64,000 nucleotides of DNA from Botryllus schlosseri (Eukaryota), in the NCBI GenBank assembly GCA_051294905.1, contig CM119371.1:29514001-29578000 (forward strand), written 5' to 3'. Below the pieces are notes generated by a model that searched no databases, was not told the origin of the DNA, and worked only from the letters and a program-made list of their open reading frames with translations. This document shows positions 1 to 11,431 of the stretch, piece by piece (the stretch's first letter is position 1; every line of letters starts with the position of its first letter). The translations under genes were made by a program, and so were the position numbers.

Positions 1-827
1 ATCGTCGAATATTACAAGATTATGATTACAAATAGAGGTGTCTTGATAGTGGTGTGTAGTCGGTACTGTTGGTCACCAAATTCAAGCCCTGGTTTATGCC
101 TATTACATCCAGTTTATAATGCTGCAATTTTCGACAGTTGCGAGGTTTAAGTGTGGAAAGCTATCATAAACACTCGTATATCAGCTGATAAAACCGTCTT
201 CTTACCTCCGGCTTAATCACGGTAATGAGTTCTGTCCAATCAATGATCTCTTTCTAAATATCCTATCAGCATATGCTCCGCGGTATTTCGACCATGTTTC
301 ATATCATGCGTGTACTGTACCATGTGTCATATGTATAACACCATATCACAAACCGATTCCAATATCTCGCCCAGAATACTGAACCTATATCATTACATTC
401 TGTTAGAAATATTATACTCATTCAACCATTAGATTACTATCCTATGATGGAAGGACAGGTTGTTAACATGTTTCAACTCGTGTCACGTTAAAATTATCAC
501 ATAAGTTGATGCAGTGTATATATTTTGAACTGAGTTCAATACCTTAGTGAAGTAAATGGACACGAAAATTTCCCGACTGTTGTTGTTATTGTTATTATAT
601 GTTGGTATTTAGACTATACTATAGTCGTTATACACCGCGCCGATATTCCTTATGGTGATTCCATATTTTCTGCCTCGTACCACAGCTCAGTTCTACGCTC
701 TCTGCTTACGCGGATAAGATGGCGAGGAGTTCTTCATACAATATACTTTTATAAGACCAGCACAAACCCATTGCCATTGCTCTAATCGAGTGACGTAGCA
801 ACGTAACTGGTACCCGGTGTTTTTCAG

Positions 828-976
828 GTATTATTGCGATCTTCGGATGCACGTCTATAGTTGCGTCGAGACTGCATGATGTCGTGAAATCCACTAGACG
901 TCCTGCTAGCTCATCGCGATCTAATATCAACAAATTGCTTATCTTGAGTCTATCCGTATCTGATTTACTTGTTGGG
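828..976 (+). CDS. GPCR paralogue 1 exon (TM1-TM2)
   Basis: ttttcag|GT...GGG|gtatca; IIAIFGCTSIV...KLLILSLSVSDLLVG. Confidence 0.85.
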
Positions 977-1039
977 GTATCACAAGGAATGGCTGTTAGG
1001 CGTATTATGCGGTGTATTCAGTGTAACGACTAATTACAG

Positions 1040-1221
1040 ATTTACACCCTTTGCATATGCATCAAGGCCATTCGAGTGGGAGGTAGCTACTGCTTCGTTG
1101 ATATTGAATGGAGGAGCAGCACCACTTGTGCCATTTTGGGCGCTTTGTTGGTCATCGGATCAGAGCAATCTGTTCTAACGATGGTTTTAATAACAGTATA
1201 TCGTTTGCATGCGACCGTGAG
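1040..1221 (+). CDS. GPCR paralogue 1 exon (TM2-ECL1-TM3)
   Basis: ttacag|ATT...AG|gtatgg; IYTLCICIKA...WRSSTTCAILGALLVIGSEQSVLTMVLITVYRL. Confidence 0.9.
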
Positions 1222-1356
1222 GTATGGATTAGCATATTGCATTGAGGATTTCATTGATCGAAAATTATAGTGGAGTATCTCTTCGAAATTATAACTCATA
1301 TTTTTATTAAAGTTGAATAAAACACATGCGCGGCAGGGCTGGCGAATGGCGTATAG

Positions 1357-2370
1357 CAGGGGTGGGCAAACGTTTGAGCTGGCGGGCCGCATTCAACATC
1401 TGAATCCATTCGCGGGCCGCACTATATAAAATTGGGATTATAAACCAAAACGCAATATTGGTATTTGATTATATGGTGAGGACATGTAGATGCTTATTTA
1501 AAGCAAACCAAGCATTTCGTTGATGATATCGTATATGCGCCAGAAACGATGGCGAGATTTCATAGGCTGGTCGACCTCAACAACCAATTTGTCAAAACTA
1601 TAGGGATAAAAGTCGGTGGTACCTAGCTTCAAACACGCTTCTATAGTGTGTGGATAACATATAAATACCCTAATTCTACGCATACAGAGAACGAATCTAC
1701 CTAAGACAAGCGCGAATCGCTTTTTATAAGAACATCACTGAAAAAATTGAAACTGGAGTGGCCAATCTGAAATCACACTCGTAACCCGAATTACGTCAAT
1801 CTCGTTTAGGATTTCTGTGATTTCTGTGATGAGCTTTATTATCGGGCTGTCGCGCCAGACATTAAACATAAAAAATAATCTAGGAATTATTGACCTTAGA
1901 CCAGTGGTTTTCAAACTTTGCAAGAGACTAAACGTTCACCCTTACGATGGTGAAAAATTACGTGTCCCCTTTATCGTCATATCACAAAACGCAACAAGGA
2001 TGCTAGCAAACCTATGGAAGGCTATGACTGTGGATGAGAGAATATGAAATTAAGACTAAATACAGAACAAGAACTGTTAATTGGATGTAAATCGCGCGGA
2101 ACGCAAAAATTTTTAGTTCATCTCAGCTACGCGCCCTTCTTAAGATGCTTTCACCCCCTCAAGGTGGGCGCGCCCACCAGTTTGAGAACCACTTCCTTAA
2201 AAATATCATGGTGAAATATACTAAAAAGTTTAATCAAGTCCCTGGAATAATTCGATTTTTAGTATGCATTTCATCAATATTTTTAAAAAGTTTCTTTAGA
2301 CTCTCGCGGGCCGCACAGAACGGTGTGGCGGGCCGTATGCGGCCCGCGGGCCGTAGTTTGCCCACCCCTG
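1357..2370. mobile_element. hAT-type non-autonomous element with nested MITE (1902-2194)
   Basis: TIR caggggtgggcaaac / gtttgcccacccctg; TSD gcgtatag/gcgaatag. Confidence 0.85.
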
Positions 2371-2635
2371 GCGAATAGTGATATCTCCCCTCGGTGCAAT
2401 GATGTCAATAGGTTACAGTTTCCAGACCGACCGAGGTATACTCCAGTCCAGTATTCAAACCCACCAAAGTCTTCAAGTTTTAGCTGGGCATTACCGTTTC
2501 CTTATGTCAAAAACCTATTACGATTGCAAGTCGTGCCATGAGTTGATAGCCCAGAAATAATCATAAACAAACCAACAGCCACCGGGAGAAACATGACCAT
2601 TGGTCATTGATGAGGGAGTATTTTCAGCTTCCGAG

Positions 2636-3149
2636 TAGGGCTGGGCAAAATCGAGTAGGGCCTACCTGAGTGATTCGATTCTGAATCACGTAATATACTT
2701 CCAGTCGAGTCGAGTAATCGAGTATCCCTCATTATGACGTCTTTACAGAATGTAATATGTCAAAGTTCGAATATGTACCTTTTATGCGACCGCCAAGAAA
2801 TTATCCATCTCTTTAAAGATACTTTGGTAATTTTTCGACTATACCGAATTCATGGCACTTGGTGACAATGTTGACGGATGACCATAACTTCGGAAATGTG
2901 CTATTTCCAATAACGTTCGTAGCTTTGTCTATACGTTTCGTATGCTACGATACGGCCAATCACGATTTCAAGGCTTCCACAGTGAAAATTAGTATCGAAA
3001 CTATAACTCTAGTCGATAAATTAACTTTTAGTGGCGAGGAGCGTATAATTTCAGTACTTGGAAAAAATCGTCTTTTACTGCTCGACTCGAAACATTAAAA
3101 TTATTACTCGATTTAGATTCGAGTACTCGAATCATGGTGCCCAGCCCTA
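2636..3149. mobile_element. hAT-type MITE (tagggctgggca family)
   Basis: TIR tagggctgggca / tgcccagcccta; TSD cttccgag/cttctgag; second copy at 50658-51171. Confidence 0.9.
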
Positions 3150-3546
3150 CTTCTGAGTCTCCAGTTATAATATCTTTTGTAGTCGTTTTATGGTTTCAAT
3201 TTGTTTTGTATACTTCACCTCGACTTGGTGTCATAAATGTAGATGATTATTGGAAGTTTCATCGATAGCACATCGTTCAAATTATATTACGACTTAGAGC
3301 TGATGAAACAAATTATTTCTGATTGGAGTTTTGATTGCTGTCAATGTTACATTCAATTCGTACTAACATTTACTGTTGTCAGGGGGTATCGTTATTTATT
3401 AGCAGAACGATACAATATGTCAGCGTACTTGACTGGTGCGTGGTGCGAGCAGATTGCTCTTAGTTCCGAGTGATGAATGTAGATAATTAACAGAGAAACC
3501 TCCAGTTGTATTATAAATTCAGACGGCTTCGACTATTTCGTTTCAG

Positions 3547-3672
3547 ACCACTGTCAAGGCCGAAGTTGAAGCGAGCAATTCTGGGAATAGTCACTTGCTG
3601 GTGTATTTGGATTCTTATTGGATTTATACCTTTGATCCCTTCGTTCGAAGATTACTTTATAAAAGCTGTATC
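3547..3672 (+). CDS. GPCR paralogue 1 exon (TM4)
   Basis: tttcag|A...TC|gtgagt; PLSRPKLKRAILGIVTCWCIWILIGFIPLIPSFEDYF. Confidence 0.85.
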
Positions 3673-4385
3673 GTGAGTGAAATCCTTGTAGGACGCTGCG
3701 ACAATGAATCTACTGGTATTTTTATTGGGACTTTTTGCTGATGGCTAGATTCGTCGTCTGATATAGACATTTATAACATAGTTATCATAGTTTGAGCTCC
3801 GAAGATGAGGACACTTTTTTACGAATCACTAAATTTATAATATCAAGGCGAAAAACGGCTGTTGTATTGATTAGTAAATACAATGAAATGGCCATTCTTG
3901 ACACTCGACTCCCGGAAGACCCGCTCGATCATCCAAAGTCCAGATTTCGCGTCATTTATGGTACTTTTTAATTGTCTCGTAAAATCACCATGCTGTTAAA
4001 AATGAGGATATTTGGGCATTCTCGGAGTACATTTTCGATTTTATGGAGAAGGAGAACAAATCCCCCTTAAGGAGAACGTAAGGTGACACCATTTAATAGT
4101 TAAAAATCATACATGCTACAGAAACGCTTGTGAAATATTTCATTCGGTTCACTTTCCGGAGTAGACTGAAGACTGGTCGGTGACAAAAATATATTTCGAA
4201 ACCAGTCCACCGATCAGAGAAGTATGACGACCCTGCTGTAGGGGGCTCACATATTTTCAGTTCACAATACGCCTTTTTGTCCAAGACTACGCGATCACAT
4301 GACGAGCCGCCACTTATAATAACGCTTGGACTGACAATACTTCAGTTATAGAAAAGTTGGCGTGAACAGTAATGCGTATCTTCAG

Positions 4386-4496
4386 GTTCAATGACACTGC
4401 TATCTTCAAAACAAGAGTCGACCGCAACAATAAGGAACGGTTAATAAAATGGTTGGGATTCCTACACAACGGCACGATTCGAAGACGTGGCGACAG
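4386..4496 (+). CDS. GPCR paralogue 1 exon (ECL2)
   Basis: ttcag|G...AG|gtaatt; FNDTAIFKTRVDRNNKERLIKWLGFLHNGT; 111 bp like 56994-57104. Confidence 0.85.
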
Positions 4497-4565
4497 GTAA
4501 TTAATACCAGTTCATGTGCATTGCGAATTGGGACTTACCAACAATTTGATCGATTGTCACCACAG

Positions 4566-4787
4566 CACGGAATAGAGCACTTTGAGAAGACTGATTTCTC
4601 AAATCAATACATACAGCCCGATTGTGGCTACTAACGAATTCGGATATTATTCAAGCCATACAGTTTGTCTGCCTACGTTATTTCCCGACCAAAAGAATGA
4701 CTGTTCGTGGGCGTACTCACTAGTTCTTCTGTTGGTAAATTTCCTGGGATTCGTGCTCATGCTCGTGGGCTACATCGCCTTGTACAG
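4566..4787 (+). CDS. GPCR paralogue 1 exon (ECL2-TM5) with premature stop
   Basis: cacag|C ACG GAA TAG AGC ACT TTG...; EFGYYSSHTVCLPTLFP...YSLVLLLVNFLGFVLMLVGYIALYR. Confidence 0.85.
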
Positions 4788-5522
4788 GTATGAGTTATCA
4801 AGAAGTTCATAATTATCAATTCCAATTAGGTCAATCAAAATGATCAACCTTGTCGTATGTGACACCGCTAACCAGTCAATAATATTACCAGTTACTTGTA
4901 CATGGAAAATAGCGGATGGCAAGATAACGAAGCTTACAAAATGGCGCGCGGTAGTAGCGAAGCATTCATCAAAACCCCACGCTAAGCATACCTCCAACCT
5001 TAACCCTGATCGTAACCTAAGCTAACATGAATGACTTTACCGTTATCTCTAACTTGAACAGAATCGTCAGGACGTAACTTAGTTTTAATTGTAATACAAC
5101 CTTTTTAGTGGTTTTTATTCAAGTATGTACATAAAATTTCAATAATAATATCAATAATTTCATAAAGAAAAGCTTTCCCCTTCCTCTCGTCTCAGCCGTC
5201 GCCGAATTTGGATTTGTAGTCGAGGTCGTAGCCGCTCGATTCATCTCATCGCATCGATGTCAAATTGTAGTCGTGGTCGTAGTAGGAACGGCCGGTATTT
5301 GGCGCTCGTTTGCGTTTGTGGATTGGGTTGGGTGTTGGGTATTCGGTGCGGAGTGGAGGTAGGGTTGGGGAGGTGAGGGGTGGGTTAGATGGGTTGGGGA
5401 AGGGTTTGGGGCAGCGGTTCTCAACCTTTTTCGACACGCGCCCCCCTTGGCGATGGTCAAAAAAAATCGCGCCCCTTGACCCCCCTTACATTTATCGTCA
5501 TGTCAAAAAGAGCATATCATGC

Positions 5523-6492
5523 TAGGGATGGTGTGAACGTGATGTTCACGTTCGCGTTCTGCGTGTGAACCTCGGAAATTTTGAGGTTCGCGTTCACAAC
5601 AGAACCTTGGTAGGTTCTGCACTGTGAACCTTTTTCATATATATTACAATTTTTACTTCATTATGACTTATTAGGTTCAAATTTATTGCATTTCAACTGC
5701 GGACTACTCTATGCATGGCACTGGCAGCATAAACAATCAACACCTTGACAATTTCAAAAATTTTACTTGCTTTCTAACAAAAGTTTGCTCGAAATATCCA
5801 GCTTTCCGTTTTTGAATATTTAGTGACTCTCTGCTGTGAGCTTGACCTGCAATCACACAACATCAAGAGCGAAATACACTACATGCAGATAGCGATTGAT
5901 GCTTATTCAAATGATATCGTTTTCTGATGTAAAAATCTAGCAAACTTACGTGGTCAATCTTGTCTTCATATGTTTACTGTATCATAATAACGAAATCCGT
6001 TCGATTTGGGTGTTGGCTATTGTTGTATAACTTGTTAGTGGAGTAATAGCGGTAGCAAGTATAGAAACCCGTTTTACACTCTGCTCAATATCCGTGTAGC
6101 AATACTCAGACGCCGAATACATTTTCCGGTCTGGCCTGGACCGTTAAGCCGTAAGCTTATATTTCCTGGCAAGTCCTCGTTGAAATAGTCGGCAAAGCGA
6201 CGGAAGATATGGATTTATGAGTTTATTATATCATTTGATTGCCTCAGTTGATACATTTAGCGAAGATTAAAATGTCAATATGTACTTCAGCATTGTGCCA
6301 TTATGTAGCCCGAGTCGTCGCTATGTATCGTGTACAATAATATAGGCTATCTCTTCATTCAAATATAGGGCTGGAATTAGCAATATGACGTCACGTGGCG
6401 TCATGAGGTTCACGTTCGCGTTCACACAGAACCTTTCAAAAAGGTTCACGTTCACACGAACCTGAACCTTCCAGAGGTTCACACCATCCCTA
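5523..6492. mobile_element. hAT-type MITE (tagggatggtgtgaac family)
   Basis: Perfect 16-bp TIR and gtgaac subterminal repeats; other copies at about 16630-17404, 37438-38369 and 39287-40712. Confidence 0.9.
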
Positions 6493-6502
6493 TCATCTAA
6501 TA

Positions 6503-7016
6503 CAGAGGTGGGCAACCATTTTGCTAATCATGGCCGCATTTCGATTACTTATGTAGCTTAAGGCCGCCTTCCAGGGCATAGCCACAATAAATGATCTGGA
6601 CGCAAAATACCTATGGTAAACTGTCCATATCCATTCCTGGTGAACTCCGGACTATTCTACTTTTCACAACAGCCTATTGTACGCACCGAAATCGCGAGGG
6701 GCAATGTTATGAATAGTTGCTGGGAGTGCATATTGTCGTGCGGAGCGCGAAAATTTTTCAGAGCCGCGAATGAATTGTTATTTCTTGAGGATTCCTATTC
6801 CTGCTCCAATTAAGAAGGGCGCTACTGCATTAAAATCGAAAAATAAAGTCTTGTTGAATTGCGCGGAGCGCGAAGAAAATTTCAAGATTAAATAAAATCT
6901 CTCGAAAATTCGGGAGTGAATTCGTAATTGCAATTTGAATGTCTACGGCTGCCAACACATACTAATTGAATTAGGCGTCGACGGCCGCATGCGACCGTAC
7001 GGGCTGCCCATCCCTG
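6503..7016. mobile_element. hAT-type MITE
   Basis: cagaggtgggca / tgcccatccctg; perfect 8-bp TSD atctaata. Confidence 0.85.
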
Positions 7017-8253
7017 ATCTAATAGTATACATAAGGTATATCTTACGCCAATTTGGAATCCGCATTCCAGTTGTTTAGTCTTTTACATTGCTGACAAATT
7101 TCCCAAAAATAGTTTGAAAATAACAAAAAACATTAAAAAGGTCATCAATTAATTTCAAGGTAGGTTGTACTGAGACTAATCCTGATGCTGGTAGTGACTA
7201 CAGAGAGCGCGGCGTCGTTCTGTCCTGCCATGCTAAATTTGATCAATTTTGGAAATGAATTAAATTGTGTTGTGTTGATTTAAAGCCAAATTGAGGGCGA
7301 AACCGGGCAACCTACATTGCATCTAAGTCTGTCTTAGGCAGTGCAGTTCGCCAGCTATCAACAACAGCTACCTAGCGCACGGAGATTTAGGCTACTGCCA
7401 AAGCTATAAAGTAATGAATGACTTGCACGTAGGAATTTCTCTAAATCTTCAAAGAATATCAAACATTTGCTCCAATGAAGTTGAAGTCAGCCTATACTCC
7501 GTTGAGCGCGACTGCTGGAGTTTGAGTTTGGCAAGCTTTCTAGAATACGAATTAAATTTAATCTTCAGTAATTGTCTCTTCAGAATGGTCGTGAAACACA
7601 TGTTTAGTCACAATTTATACAGTCATTGACAAAATTGACAAAAAGTTCTCGCGCCCCCCTGAGAGCCTCACGCGCCCCCCAGGTTGAGAACCCCTGGTTT
7701 AGGGAGTGGGGTAGAGTGGGATTGGATGGGAGGTTAGAGTGGTTGGGATAGGTTGTGGGTGGATTGGTTGGGTTTTGTGGGTCGATAAATACGATACGGT
7801 TTATCTCGTTTTATCGGTGCGTTCAGTGGGCTCGCTTAAATTTTTTGGTATATTTTACTTCTTATATCGTTGATGTGTTGATCAATATTTTGGGCGTATT
7901 CATTTTGGATGTCGAGTGCATTTTTCCATTCCAACACAAGGGTTTTCACGTTCATAAAGGCTTTTATTATTACAACCAATCCCAACCCAAAATCCTAACC
8001 TTAACCTTAATTGCTGCTTTTTGAAACTCGCAATTTCGAACGGAAGCTGAAATTTGTCTAAACCTCGGAGAAATGGATAGTTATTCCCACCCTTTGGGGT
8101 ATACATGATCCAACTACACTACTTTAAGCCAGCTGTCATATAGCCGCTTTCGCTTTTAAACCTATTTGTAAAACGACTCACAAATCATCGTCAGTTATAT
8201 CTCTTGATTCCTCATTATATTTAGTCATTCATTACATTGAATGCATTCTACAG

Positions 8254-8408
8254 AAGAGCTAACGACATGGAGGTTCTGGAGTCGTCAACGGCTCGCGAGC
8301 AGCGGGTCAGACAAAGTGCGGCAATGCAACGCAAACTTACCAGGATTCTGGCGTCTGATTTTTTCTGCTGGATGCCGGTCTGTATCATGGGCTTCATGCA
8401 ACTAGCAG
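8254..8408 (+). CDS. GPCR paralogue 1 exon (ICL3-TM6)
   Basis: ctacag|A...G|gtatca; MQRKLTRILASDFFCWMPVCIMGFMQLA. Confidence 0.9.
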
Positions 8409-9255
8409 GTATCAAATATGAGAGGATTTAGCATTATAAATTCTAATTATCCTGCTACTCACTTTATTTGCGAATGGCAGTCAGAGCGAAAATATTCCAA
8501 TCATTCCAATTCCAAATTCAACCCCGATATCGACCCGAATTCATTTGATATAAGCCCAAAAGGAGATATTAATTGGTATTGCTTGCATATGCAAATTTCC
8601 AAATTAAATCCAAAAACTTAATACATTTTATTCTAGACATCGTCAGAGCTCATCTTATGTGTAAGTTTTACCTTATTATGCTTAATGCTCGTATGGTTCG
8701 ATAAACTAGATATTGAGCAGCAATGTTGATGTTTCATCGATAAGTGCGTCAATTTAATACAATGCGTCAATTACAATATGTATTATCTAATATGTAATAT
8801 AGCTGAAACCAGTGACTCCCAAAGTCATCCTTTGATGGAACCCTTTGAAAACGGATAGACACTCTGGACGTCGCAATGAATTCAGAATTTTGCAAATTTT
8901 ATGATAAGCCTACATTATAATGGAAATACACAATCTCTTTTCTGAAAAAGTCCACAACAATGCAGGTATTTCATGTGAATAATGTACTTGTTGATCTTGT
9001 ACACTCTCAAAAACTACGGTACGCTCTCAATGTGGATTGTCCATAATATAGAACATGGAGAGGACCGAAGCCAGTTAAGTTTCGTTCTGTACCATCTCTC
9101 AAGATGCCGAGATGCCAAGAAACCGAAAGGTTATCGAGTCAGCGGTGTGATGTATCTTTCATTGAGTTCATGCCTTTCCTCATACACTTCCCAGACAAGT
9201 TACTTGTCAATTACCTACGAAAAAAAAAACATTTTGTTTCAACAAATAATTCCAG

Positions 9256-9423
9256 GAATTGATATTCCCAAGGACGCATATCTGCCAACCGGCCTACTGA
9301 TTCTCCCGATAAACAGCGTCTTGAATCCATTCCTCTACTCTGACTTTGCTGATCTCATACTGATCTGGGTAAAGGCATATACGGCATGGATTGCGGATTC
9401 ATTCAGGAGAATGCGAGACAGAG
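9256..9423 (+). CDS. GPCR paralogue 1 exon (TM7)
   Basis: ttccag|GA...G|gtgcag; IPKDAYLPTGLLILPINSVLNPFLYSD. Confidence 0.88.
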
Positions 9424-9491
9424 GTGCAGCATGTATAGCTACACAATTGTCACACCCGTTCTAAAACTGTAATGTCGATCCATATAAACAG

Positions 9492-9586
9492 GGGCCGTTT
9501 CGGCAACGCCTCAGATCCAAGTCATTGATCTCGAATTGCACGAGGATGAGGTAAACCAGAAGATAGAAGTAGCGGGAATGAATTGA
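9492..9586 (+). CDS. GPCR paralogue 1 probable terminal exon
   Basis: aaacag|GG GCC GTT TCG GCA...AAT TGA after a 68-bp intron; homologous to 59290-59357. Confidence 0.6.
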
Positions 9587-11015
9587 ACCAGGATATTGAA
9601 CCTCGAACTACATTACCACTTTTAGAATCGTTAATACTCTCGAATTACGAGGATAAAACTCCCTTGGAAGCAATTTTAGAGCTTGAATTCAATTCACATT
9701 CTCATTATGTTGTTAATGCATATGAAATCGATGACAATAATTCTCTGTCCGCGTGTCGGCTTAATACTGGCCTTTTTTCATTGCCATTATCAGCTTTCCG
9801 TTCATAGGAGTTTCCGAAGAGAACCGGTGACAAAAGTTCACCATATCGGTTTATAAAAGAACCTACTTCCGACTTTCCAAATCGTTCCCAATTATCAAGC
9901 TTTCACCTGCAGGCGGTGTTGGTAACCACCATTGCGCTGACCTTCGTATTGAGAGAGAGAGGGAGAGAGATAGAGAGAGGGAGAGTCTTTGTTTTCATCC
10001 AACCAAAATATATAACAACAGACGGCAATGATGATGGTAGCCTATAGAAGATTCGCCTGCACAGTATTCAATTTCACATTCTAATTTCGCACTTTTACAC
10101 TCTAAGGTTCTTGGAGTTCTTGAAGTTAGATCGTAACTTCGTATTTGCGATTGGGCTTCGGATCAAGACTTCTAGTATATATTATTGAATGTTATGTTAT
10201 TGGTGGTCACATAACATAGGCGTCTGACACCAAAACACATGACAGCGACACTTCATCATTTTGGTTAAGGTTAGGTTGGCTTCAAGGCCGAGGTCGGGAT
10301 GAAATATGTTCGGTTTGAATCTAATAATTAAAACCTATTCCGAATAATAACTATGAATTGATGACAGAACTTGGAATAAAACGATAACAGACCATTACTA
10401 TAGTAAGAAGCGTAGAAAGGGTTCAAGTGTATGGAGTGTATACACACTTTTTCATTTTGTTTTTAGATTATAAATAGTACCACTGCGTTCAATCTCTGCA
10501 ACCACAGGTTTCCGATAAACTATTTTCATGTCTGTATTCTGCCTTGCGCAGTGCTATACTTTCTCACATATTGCTCTAAACCAGGTGTTCAAAACATCGG
10601 ATCGTTAAAAAAAAAAAATTCAAAACAAACGCGTTTAAAACAAGGCCTTTGTTTAAAACATGTTTTTTATTGTTTTTTTCCTATCCGAAGCCATGACGTC
10701 ACTCATATTAAATTGTGACGTCATAGTGACTAGATATTCACAATTGAAAATGTAGGGTAAATATAGCTCGTTTGACGAATTAGGCTCCCAACCCCTGTCA
10801 TATATACGGACCAACAACATCTTTAACCGGGACTAAATCGACATGTAGCATTTTTACGGTCGGTGGTCATCATCATCAGAACATTCTTTTCGTAGCAATG
10901 ATCTGTATCTTCGTACTACGCCTGTTGAACCGACTATTTCGAGGGATCAAACTATCCCATATCGTATACGTCTGCTATATCTGGTGGTAATCGTCGTCCG
11001 TAGGCTCATACAACA

Positions 11016-11431
11016 TGGGGTTACCATATTTTGGAATCGTGAAAGGGGGACACTTTTTCAAAATTTTCAAACTCAGAATACCATCAGAAAATCCCGAAAT
11101 AGTGGTAACTTTCCACCGCTTCGTAGTCGGCCGACTAAAAATGAGAAAAAAAAGTCATCTGTCTCGCTCGATGCCCAAAATACAGTTTTTTCTTCACATT
11201 GTCGGGTGATTGACGAAAAAAAGGTCAACTTTCGCTCAGCTCCCGAAATACCCGTCATTTTGGTGCTGATTTACGGCATCTCAGTCGAAGTTTGCTATAA
11301 ATTTGACCAAAATTCCTTAAAAAGAGGACAGAATCTCAAAAAGGAATACATTTAGGTGTCCTCAGAGGACATTTTCAAAAACCCGAAAAAGGAGGACAAA
11401 TCCTCCTAAAGGAGGACGTGTGGTAAACCTA
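11016..11431. mobile_element. hAT-type MITE (tagggttaccata family), nested in an older aaaac-rich element (about 10582-11578)
   Basis: TSD atacaaca/gtacaaca; gaggaca subrepeats. Confidence 0.8.

Larger units (their letters stand above)
5412..7696. mobile_element. hAT-type element carrying two nested MITEs
   Basis: TIR cagcggttctcaacct / aggttgagaacccctg; TSD gtttgggg/gtttaggg. Confidence 0.8.
828..9586 (+). pseudogene. GRL101/LGR-like class A GPCR, paralogue 1 (7TM part only; 5' exons outside window); probable pseudogene or null allele
   Basis: GT-AG exons 828-976, 1040-1221, 3547-3672, 4386-4496, 4566-4787, 8254-8408, 9256-9423, 9492-9586. The first seven match paralogue 2 exactly in length and phase. 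Motifs SLSVSDLLVG, WRSSTTC, YSSHTVCLP, SDFFCWMP, LPINSVLNPFLYS. In-frame TAG at 4573-4575. Confidence 0.8.

Noticed and set aside
4573..4575. Recoded stop (selenocysteine or alternative genetic code)
   Set aside because: The codon is TAG, not TGA, occurs once, and aligns to Trp TGG by one transition; nothing else indicates a code change.
8982..9464. 160-aa ORF as a stand-alone protein
   Set aside because: Only 9256-9423 is exon; the rest is open intron with no protein similarity to paralogue 2.
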